DNA of 64,000 nt from Macrostomum lignano (Eukaryota): assembly GCA_002269645.1 (NCBI GenBank), contig NIVC01000455.1:186001-250000 (forward strand), in the 5' to 3' direction. Under the pieces are notes generated by a model that worked only from the letters and a program-made list of their open reading frames with translations, made no database searches and was not told the origin of the DNA. Numbering within the stretch: the stretch's first letter is position 1; each line of letters starts with the position of its first letter. Below, piece after piece: positions 1-10,100 of the stretch. A program made the translations under genes and the position numbers.

Positions 1-204
1 AAGTCTGTGTGTTTAGACCATAGATCTTATATTCTCTAGATAGGCCACTTTGTAATACGGCAATAGTATATTACTAGCCTAATAGCCCCCCCCCCCCTCC
101 GAGTGGCATAAAAAAGGTTGCACAGAACTGAGGTTACAGCAAAAGCAAAGTTTAGAATTATTAATAGAACAGACTAAGATTAATAGAACCATAAACAAAC
201 AACT

Positions 205-439
205 AAAATTTGAGCTCTGACTGCCAGAAAAATACACTATTTAAAGAGGAAAAACACAGTTTTTCGACATTTTACTGTACTCAGAATTATCATAAACACA
301 CTAAAAACTAATGGTATCATCCTTGTTAAAAGAGAAATATTTATGTGAAAACGCGATCAAAATTGATCAAAGCTACCAATCTGTAGAGCGTTACAGACAG
401 ACAGACACACAAACAGACAAACAGAAATTAGAGAATTAA
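205..439 (-). mobile_element. Short non-autonomous Helitron-like element (copy 1)
   Basis: Shares the CTGC(C/G)AGAAAAATACACTA core with copies at 4152, 4686 and 10422, and has an internal (ACAG)n tract. Confidence 0.55.
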
Positions 440-1130
440 CTAGAGAATTTGCCCCTCCTTCGGGGGGAGACTGTACAGTTCTCTTTGGATTAGACGCAAT
501 CTTCCATTGGATTTTTAAGGCCTAAATTAACAATCAAATAAAACCGACGTCCATTTTGTACTCAAAAGTATGCTGATATACAGAACAAGTAAGAAAAGCA
601 TCCGACCATGGACATGTTGAAGTTATTGCGGGCAAACTTATCACTTTTTATTTCAGAGACTCGCTTTTAATTATTACTTTTAGCATGTGGCATAAGGTTA
701 CAATTGTATTTTTGCGGGTGAATTTAGTTAGTTAGTATAGTTTAGTTAGTTGGGTTAGTTTAGTTTTATTCGATTAAAAATTCTGGAACAAATTTAAGTA
801 GTAGTTAATTTGCTTGAAAGTTTGAGAACAAAAGTTTGATCTAGCAAATTGAAATTTTCAGCAGCATTGAATCTTAACGTAATCGACAACGATTAACTTA
901 AACAGCAACCTAAAATTACTTGCAGCATATCCTAAATAATTATTTAACCATAAAATATCCTCGGTTACTTGGGGTTGTAGCAGATTCCCGTATTTTTCAG
1001 GGATTTTACCGTAAGCTTTCCATCTTTCATAGGAATTCGTTACAAATGTTCAACAGGCCGACGTACTAAAATGGAAAGTGTATTAATGTGTTCTTCAAGT
1101 ACAAACTATTAAAAAGTCAAATCATACCCG

Positions 1131-2197
1131 TTAATATACATATGTATATATAAGTACCCGTTGCGCTCCACAGCGGATAACAACTCGACGCATCCGGTCG
1201 ATATGCGGCTGCATCGACGCTGGGAATTCAAATGCAAGCACGTCGTCAGCTGCGGTGTCAGTAATGTCCATAGTTGAGCTATTAGCTAGCGGTAGAAATT
1301 GGGTGCTGCTCTCGGACTCTTCGTACCAGGTTTTCAGATCTTGAGCAGTGTCGTGAACAGGCGAATACGAAATAGTTGATGATGAGCAACCAAGACAAAG
1401 CGAGCCGGCGTACTCTTGAATCTTGGCTTTTCTAATGGCGACTACGTCTCCTGGTCTCCACAAATGTACCTGGGTAGCAGAGGCGTCCCAGAAGTTGCAA
1501 AAAGTCTGAAAACCAGATTTGTCTACGATGCAGACTTTTGCGAGCTGCACCAACTTTCCGGAACGCGTGTTGACGTCAACGGGTTGTTCCACTTTGACAA
1601 TGACACCGAGAACATCAACAAAACTGAAAATATGAAGAATGAAAATGTGTGAAGTATATATATCTTCCTGTTTATTCTACATTTTGAGGATGGACTTACC
1701 CATTCACTCCAATTCTTGGTAGTTCGGAGAGCGCTTTGAACGGACCATTTATGGGAACTATCGCATCGCTACACTGGCGGAGAGAGTCCTTGTTATCCTC
1801 ATTGATTGACAGAGTAACTTCATGCATATTGCTTGTTCGGTTGAATTTTGGATTAGCACACTTTACCATTCCTTCACGGATGGAGATTGTTTGCCCGTTT
1901 TCGCAAATGCTCCAGTGTTCTTGCAACTCATCGCCAAAAACTGCCACTCTGATTTCACCTGACTCATCTGACATCAAAAACGAAAACCATTTGTTCTTCT
2001 TGCCATCCCTAATCTGGTTTAGTAACAAACGATGTTGTTTAAGTGGATTGATTTTATAAAAAAAGTATATATATGAAGCAAAATAGCAAATTATGGAAGC
2101 TTACCTCAGTTCTTAACGAAGTAATTCCGGAGACTACGCCGCGCATGGGACCGACAGAGAGAGAAGAAATCGTTAACTTGCTTAGCTTGCTTGCCAT
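1131..2197 (-). CDS. Helitron-borne RPA70-like ssDNA-binding protein, two OB folds (exons 2197-2105, 2013-1700, 1623-1131; about 299 aa)
   Basis: FSFLMSDESGEIRVAVF resembles RPA70 DBD-A. FVDVLGVIVKV...IVDKSG...CNFWD resembles DBD-B. GT-AG introns have compatible phases (0 and 2). The true C-terminus is less certain. Confidence 0.75.
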
Positions 2198-2450
2198 CTT
2201 TTAACATAACGATGAAGACAAATTTAATGGAATTTACTACTTGCAGCTAGAAATTCATCTTAAGCTAGAAATGCATCTCAAGCTTATGCATTCCGCGAAA
2301 AATACAGTTTCAGGACACACATTTTCTCATAGACGTTTTGCGTGACAGCATGCACTTTCAATATTTAATCGTGGCTCGTAGTAAAATAGCAACATATTTT
2401 TTTTAAATTGAATTGTAAAAAATTATTAATAGATAATAAAGACGTCCAAT

Positions 2451-3923
2451 TCAAAAAACTTCTGGGTAAACGATATTTTTGGTTCTTTCGCCGCACATTC
2501 GAACTCGAACATTACAAACATTTTTTGCTCTGGAAAGTGCAGTGTAGAGCTGTCCATGCGCAAAAAAGCTACCTGCAAGGTCAATTCCAACTACGTCAAG
2601 GGATTGGCCTTGTGCTTTATGAATAGTCATGCAGAAACAGGGTCGTAGAGGAAATTGTAGCCTTCTGAACTTAACAGGTAGATCCAAATTACTTGGTATC
2701 AATGGTACGCGCGGCAACAAAACTGTTTCGCCTTTGAATTGACCAGCAGCAATTTGACATTGTAAGATATTGTTTCGCAATTCCTTAATGATTAATCGTG
2801 TTCCGTTGCACAGTCGTGGTGGGTTTAAGTTTCGTAGTAGAACTACAGGCATCCCGCATTTGAGACGAAGCCGATGCTTTGGCAATCCAGGTGCGTCCAT
2901 ACTATTCAGCACTTCAGGTGGATAGTGCGTCAAGTCATCCTCATCCTCGACACTGTCAATTGATCTATATTCGCGATCAACGCCTGGAAATAAATCTAAA
3001 CATGCATCGTTAATTTTATCAACGGAGTCGTTTAGTGGAGCTAAAATGACGCGGCTCTCAAAAAACTTCTCCCTGTTTTCGATCCCAGCGAACGTTGGGT
3101 ATACAAGCCGGATCAAATCAACAACAGTAGCGTCACCAGGCAAAACGATTTCGGGTGGTAGCACGATATTGGCGTCTGAATCACTCGGTATCGAACCTTC
3201 GCCAACCTAAAATGGTTAGAAACAAAATAGAGTAAAGTATGAGACCCACTGTCACATCCTGCTTTCAATAATTCGAAAGTAACTTACCTGAAGTAGAAAC
3301 TCAGCATACCAGTTTGCCGATTGATCGACAGAGCCACTGTTAAAAAGTCGAATGTTTCGTGTCAAGTGATGTCTTTGAAACTTTAACCACAGAGCTGATC
3401 GACTTACACAGGCGATTACATTGTTTGCGCGTGTTCCATGTTTTACGACCGGCAGCAGCTGCCGAAAGTCGCCACAACATCCGCCACGGATATGCCGTAC
3501 AGCATCAGTCTCTGTAGCGCGTTTATTAGCGACATGAATACCAATTGCGTCCCGTCTGTCTGCGCGCACTGCGTCAGTCTCTGTGGCACGTTGTTTCGAA
3601 GCGCGAACACGCGCAGCATCCAATCTTGAGGCGCGTGCTGCGTCTGTCTCAGTAGCTCGCATATCGGCGTCGTGGGCACGTGCGGCGTTCAATCGAGAGA
3701 AACGCCCTGCGTCTGACTCATTAGCTCGCCTTTCAGCCGCGCGAACACGCGCGGCATCTAACCTGTCAGACCGTGCACTTATGGATTCGTTCTGTATACG
3801 CTTCCGACTATACTCTAGTTGTTTCTCAAGCCGCGAATTACGCTCCTCCGCTGTTTCCTGCCGACGACGCAATTTTGCTTCCCGACTCTTTACTAACTCA
3901 CTCTTTCGCTTCCTCTTCGGCAT
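2451..3923 (-). CDS. Helitron RepHel deletion derivative: STPR-like repeats fused to C-terminal half of PIF1 helicase (2 exons 3923-3288, 3206-2451; about 463 aa)
   Basis: PIF1/Helitron motifs GDFRQLLPV, ILAPLNDSVDKIN, LRNLNPPRLCNGTRL, QFPLRPCFCMTIHKAQGQSL, HGQLYTALSR. An 81-nt phase-0 GT-AG intron (3287-3207) joins FLLQ|VGEG. No HUH Rep domain or Walker A/B motifs visible. Confidence 0.85.
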
Positions 3924-6900
3924 GAGCGACAGCACACCCGCGCCCAGGTATCAAAAACTAAGAGACACATTCACATGAAATTTTTGAGACCGGTCAACCG
4001 GTTCAGGCCGACAAATAATCGAACAACAAACAGAAGATCAGACAAATCACTCCAATCCAGCACGAATACGAATGAATCGAAGTTGAACAGACTCACCGGT
4101 TGAACTCACCGGTTGAACTCACCTTAAAGAACTTCAAGGTTATAAAATCAATGCGAGAAAAATACACTATATAATTAGCTTTATATATTGAAAGACTTTA
4201 TTTAGACTCGAGCCGCCGCTGCTGCTTTCTTTCTTTCTTTTTCGGGTCACGGACATTGTAGCTAGACGTAGCTAATAGGACCGGGGGCGTAGCCCCATGC
4301 AGCCGGGGCGCTGACCCTGCGCGGGCGGGCAGTAGACGGCGGAATCCAATTTGCGGCCTGCGGCGGGTGGCCAGAGAGCGTGGGGACCCGAGTCCCGGTG
4401 CGCAGGGCTCCTCCGAAGACCGACTTACGCTGTAAAAACCGCCATCCACCGCCAACCCAACGTTGGGGGACAGCTCTCCCAGGCTGCATACCCGGAGGTG
4501 AGACCAATTCGTCACCCCGTCGATGGCAGGGACGCACGGAGCTCCTGCCACATTGGCGGGGTGTCCAGGGGCGCGACTTGGACGCTGGTCTCGTGCCACC
4601 CGCCGCTGCTGCTGCTGCTGATGCTGCGGCCGCGTAGTCAACTTCACGGACCACCATAGATATAAAATTGAAAATTTAACTCTGACTGCGAGAAAAATAC
4701 ACTAATTAGATAGGCGAAATACAGTATTTCTCCAATTTGAGAGGCTTCACACTACGACATCAAAATGAAAATTAGACCACATGGTCCCAGTAGAATTCCA
4801 CATCGAATGAAACAAATTTGACGAAAATCTACCAAGTGGTTCAAGAGGAGATGCGAAACTTATAAACAAAGTTACAAACATTTTCAGATTTAGTATATAA
4901 GATGGACGGATGGATGGATTACCCAGGCTTTAAGGGCCTTCGGCGCCCTCTGGCTTTCCCATTATCGCCCTTAAAACCTGGGATATATAATCTTTGGTTT
5001 AGACCATAAACATAAAAGTGCAGACATCACTTTCCTCCCTTTCCCGGAATGAAACGCATGGGAGGCTTTATCAAAGTCCTGTCTCTCAACCTGTATCCAA
5101 ACACAGGTTGTTCCTGTTGTGTTGTCTCCTAGCTAGTTTTCTTTTAACTATAGGAAAAACTTTTTAGTAATTTTAAGCCCCCAAAGGCTTCATTTCAAAG
5201 GTTAGAGTGTCACGTTATTGGCGTGGTGACTACAACCCTTAAAAGGGCCGTTTTGACGAGATTGTGAAGTCAATTCTTGCGAAGCGGATTGTGTAGCGGA
5301 GCACTTGGCGTATAAAGGCAGGGGACTGCCGTATGCTATTTATTATCGTTATTAATATGATGATTGATTAATGTCAATACAAAACTTATAGCGTTCTGGG
5401 GCACTGGCGGCTGCAACAATGGTTTTGAATGTAATTGGAGTTATGAAGTCAAGTAGTTGACGAAAGATGCAGTGGCGACGCAACGTGGTAAGTGATGGCG
5501 GTGAGCACAGTGATGGCAGTGAGTAGCAAGTAGACAGGCAGACTAGTAGTGGCGAGATTGGGCGTTAGCCCGTGGCAGTACACGGTGGAGTAAGAGTGCG
5601 TAAACAGGCTGGCCCAGACAGAGGGGGCCGTGGCGAGAGATAAGAAGAGAGAAGGAAAACAAGAGGCCACGAAGAAACGCCAAAAAGAAAGGAAGGAAAG
5701 GGAGGAACGGACAGGAAAGTGAAAAAACCCCCAGCCTGCCGCCAGGCGGGGTTAATAAAGGAGCGCAGGAGGGTTAGCATAATATATGCGTAGAGTTATC
5801 ATTGGCTGGCGAGGGAAAAACAAGAAACAGAAATTATCGATCGCGCGAGACCCTACAGCCGTACGCAACGCTTACAAAGTACGCAATGATTTAGCAATTG
5901 ATACAGATTAGTTGCGCGCTACTACAAGTAAACGTGAGAATACACAATTGGAAATTTTAAATGAGAAATTGTAAGGGAAAATTGTAGTCCAACGGCCCTT
6001 TTGCGGGACCACTTTAAACTAGCAACGTCACAAGAGGCATGCGTAAAAATTGTCACTACTGATATCAAGCACTCAGACAAAAGAGAGCAACACTGTGATG
6101 CGACAAAAATCTGATGTATTATCGAGGCCTTTCTAATTTCAGTGCAGAAACACTTCAAGCGCAATTTTTTCCGACTATAAACGTTGATTAGGAGCGCTCG
6201 CGATGTAAATTAAAAGCTGGGTGTGCTTTTACATTGAAATTTAACTGTCGACAGTTACACAGAGCGGGAGTGTCTTTGTCGACTTAGAGAGTTGAGTAGG
6301 AAACAAATGGAAATAAATGGTGTGAATGTGTATAAATTATTTTCTGTTCAAAAAGTTTGGGAAATTCTCTTACACACTGTAAAAACTTGCTGATAGTTTT
6401 GGTGTTGCTGGACCGTCTTTTTTATTTTTTCTTTAATTTTAGCATAAAAATAAAAACTTTTGCATCAAAAAAAGCTTACGTATGCAAAAAAGACGCTTAA
6501 ATGCAGTCTGCATTAAGCATATTTGTTAAAAAACACTCGTTTTTTGAATCGTCGACGGTCTGAATGTCGGTAAATTAATATCCAATCAATCAATCAGTTT
6601 GCATGACTAAAGAGTCTAGTGGAAGACATCTTTACTCCGATTGCTCTACTTGTTCACTTGTCTGTAAATATATTTGTTTCTGTTGTACAGCAGTCCCTCC
6701 AGTGTTGGTCTTTTTTAAAATTCTGTTTGGGTTCACTAGGCCTAACGGACGAGGCCCAAGGCCCAAGCCAAAGTTTTGATAAATAAAACCATTTTGACTG
6801 ATTTCTCGATTTTTTCGAGTTGTAAAAAGACAAATAAATTAATAATACCTGTTATTTTCTAGGGGCCTATGATATTGACTATTATTGAGAGCCACATACG

Positions 6901-7033
6901 TTAATTTTCATTTTTAGTAGGCCTAAGTCCTAGTTTTATTTACTGAATCAGATCATTACTGTAGACCTAAAACCTTGATTAAACCTTTATTTTTTACATA
7001 ATAAAGTTATTCTACATTTCAAACCATTTAACA

Positions 7034-7152
7034 ATGGAATATCATCAAGGAAACAGCCACCATGAGCCCAATTTAAATTCTGGTCCCAGTCCATCTGTTG
7101 ATCAAGAAGTATTGTTTGATGATGTATATCAAATGCTTGAAATTATTGGAAA
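7034..7152 (+). CDS. CASK: CASK exon 1
   Basis: MEYHQ...[15 protein letters not shown](K), GTAAGT donor, phase 2. Confidence 0.9.
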
Positions 7153-10100
7153 GTAAGTTTAATATTTTATTTTAATTTTCAATAAATAGGAGGCCTATTT
7201 AATAGCCATGGATATTAAATAGATCTAGCAATCATAAATATATTCTTATTCTTTGACTTTTTAGCTTTTATTTATTATAAATTATAATATAAATTTAATA
7301 TTCTAATAATAATATTTAGTATTTAGTAATAGTGCAAAAGGCAGGGGATAAGGGCTGCATTGCAGCTCTTAAATGACTACCCTCCTATCTTTTTAGCTAG
7401 GCCTATAGTGCAAAAAGATTTCCATGTAGGGGGGCCTAGGCCATAGTTCAGATTGTATATTAGTATACGCCAGGTTTAATGCTAGAAAAAATGACAAGAC
7501 CTCATTTGTATGCCAGGTTTGTGCACCAATACAAAAAATGTCATTTGACACAATGTATCTATTGTGTCATATATACTAGGATATATTTTGATGTATGCTA
7601 AAAAATGATAAGACCTTTGTTGTAAGCTAGGAAATCTGGTGTATATGTCACCTTTTAAACTATAGGGCCTACAATAGAGAAAGTAAATTTCAAATTTAGT
7701 CTCTTCTACAACTATATAATAATAATCAAGTTATTTATTTTACTTTGGATATATAATAATTTACAACATACAAAATTGTTTATAACACTCATTTTATTTT
7801 CATGGTTATTATTCCTAATGTTTCATTTTTAATTTTAGCTACAAATTTGAAGCATTGATTGAATTTAAAAAATCATTACATGAAATAAAGATTAAAACAA
7901 AAGGTGCACAAATACCATAATAGCAAAAGTAAATATAAGGATTGTGCTCTATCAAGCTACAATTGCATTTTTGCAATCATGCTAATGCTATGTCTATTTC
8001 AATTCTTACTATTTTCTATTGGGTATCATAAGACCAAAGAATGCCCAACCTATTTTTGATAGGATTTATTCCAATACACCGTGCAATTAATCTTTTTGAT
8101 AGAATTTATTCTGGCGCAGACATGCCATGATCCTGAGTATAGCACCAATGCATATTTGCTTGGCTTAAATTTTTTTTTCTGTAGCAAGGTTAAAAACTAT
8201 TGCATTGTGCAGTTTTTTTTACTTGAATTGTAGAAAAAAACATGATAGATATAATGTAAATGTTGTTTTTAATCAGCATTCTAACTTAATTAAATACTAT
8301 ATAGTATATCATGAAAAAATTTTACTATTACAAGTAATTCAAATAGTAGTAATATAACCACTCATAAATTCACAGTCTTTTGTAAACTTTTAAATGCATG
8401 TAATGTATAATAACATGACCAATATATACAATGGTACAACATGTACAACAAAGGGCCCTTGCAAAAATGAATGATCTTTAATGTGTACAATGGCTAGCCT
8501 TGGTGTATAATGAAAATTTCTATTATACACCCATCTTTTTGCACTATGGTTCTTTGGAGATGACCAAACCATAAGCACTTTAGTATATACACTAGCCATT
8601 TAGCCCCCCCCCGCTGGGAGGCCTTAAAAATGACACCAAATTGCCATGAATCAAAACTTTCATCAAGAAAGTTTCCTTCATCAACCCAAAACCCTTTCTC
8701 AATCAGCAAATAGTGCTTATCCTTTCAAGCACAAACTCTTAGTGCATATTATCACTGGCCGGAGCATATTCTGGTCTATAGCAGGAGCTCACAGCCTTAG
8801 ACCCCTCTTTATTAGCCTAACTCAAAGAATCCCCCAAAAGCAAGCAGCCCCCAGATAGCAAGTATTCCTCAGACAGCAAGCATCTGCAAGCATCTCCCAG
8901 ACAGCAAGTATTCCTCAGACAGCAAGCATCCCACAGACAGCAAGCATTCCTTAGACAGCAAGTATCCCCCAGACAGCAAGCATCAGCAAGCATTCCCCAG
9001 ACAGCAAGCATTAGCAAGCATTCCCCAGACAGCAAGCATTCCCCAGACAGCAAGCATCAGCAAACATTCCCCAAACAGCAACCCCCCCCCCAGACAGCAA
9101 GCATTCCTCAGACAGCAAGCATTCCCCAGACAGCAAGCATTCCTCAGATAGCAAGCATTCCCCAGACAGCAAGCATCCTTCAGACAGCAAGCATTCCTCA
9201 GATAGCAAGCATTCCCCAGACAGCAAGCATCAGCAAGCATTCCCCAGACAGCAAGCATTAGCAAGCATTCCCCAGACAGCAAGCATTAGCAAGCATTCCC
9301 CAGACAGCAAGCATCAGCAAGCATTCCCCAGACAGCAAGCATTAGCAAGCATTCCCCAGACAGCAAGTATTCCTCAGACAGCAAGCATCCCACAGACAGC
9401 AAGCATTCCTTAGATAGCAAGTATTCCCCAGACAGCAAGCATCTGCAAGCATCTCCCAGACAGCAAGTATTCCTCAGACAGCAAGCATCCCACAGACAGC
9501 AAGCATTCCCCAGACAGCAAGCATTAGCAAGCATTCCCCAGACAGCAAGCATCAGCAAGCATTCCCCAAACAGCAAAACCCCCCCCCAGACAGCAAGCAT
9601 TCCTCAGACAGCAAGCATTCCCCAGACAGCAAGCATTCCTCAGACAGCAAGCATTCCCCAGACAGCAAGCATCCTTCAGACAGCAAGCATTCCTCAGATA
9701 GCAAGCATCCCCCAGACAGCAAGCATTCCCCAGACAGCAAGCATTTCTCAGATAGCAAGCATCCTTCAGATAGCAAGCATTCCTCAGATAGCAAGCATCC
9801 CCCAGACAGCAAGCATCAGCAAACATCCCCCAGATAGCAAGTATCCCCCAGACAGCAAGCATCCTTCAGATAGCAAGCATCCCCTAAACAGCAAGCATTC
9901 CTCAGACAGCAAGCATCCCCTAAACAGCAAGCGTTACTCAGACAACAAGCATCAGCAAGCATCCCCAAGACAGCAAGCATCCCCCAGACAGCAAGCATTC
10001 TCTAAGACAGCAAGCATCCCCCAGACAGCAAGCATCCCCCAGATAGCAAGCATTCCCCAAAAAGCATGCAGCCACTGAGCATTTTTCTATCCCTTGCATA

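Larger units (their letters stand above)
440..4902 (-). mobile_element. Helitron (rolling-circle transposon), internally deleted, non-autonomous
   Basis: 3' end: CTAG at 440-443, with a GC hairpin (CCCCTCC-TTC-GGGGGG, 452-467) about 8 nt inside and a flanking T on the minus strand. Candidate 5' end TCTTATATACTAAA at 4902 with flanking A, giving an A|T target. An alternative 5' end lies near 4195. Contains PIF1-type helicase and RPA-like genes. Confidence 0.8.

Noticed and set aside
1135-1185. CCGCTGTGGAGCGCAACGG hairpin as the Helitron 3' end
   Set aside because: The stem is imperfect with no CTRR after it, and a better terminus exists at 440.
4198-4660. GC-rich overlapping ORFs as a gene or rRNA fragment
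   Set aside because: No recognisable protein or rRNA motifs. It is possibly captured or internal Helitron sequence.
6375-6385. CACTGTAAAAA, CMC/EnSpm-like terminus
   Set aside because: No matching inverted partner was found in the window.
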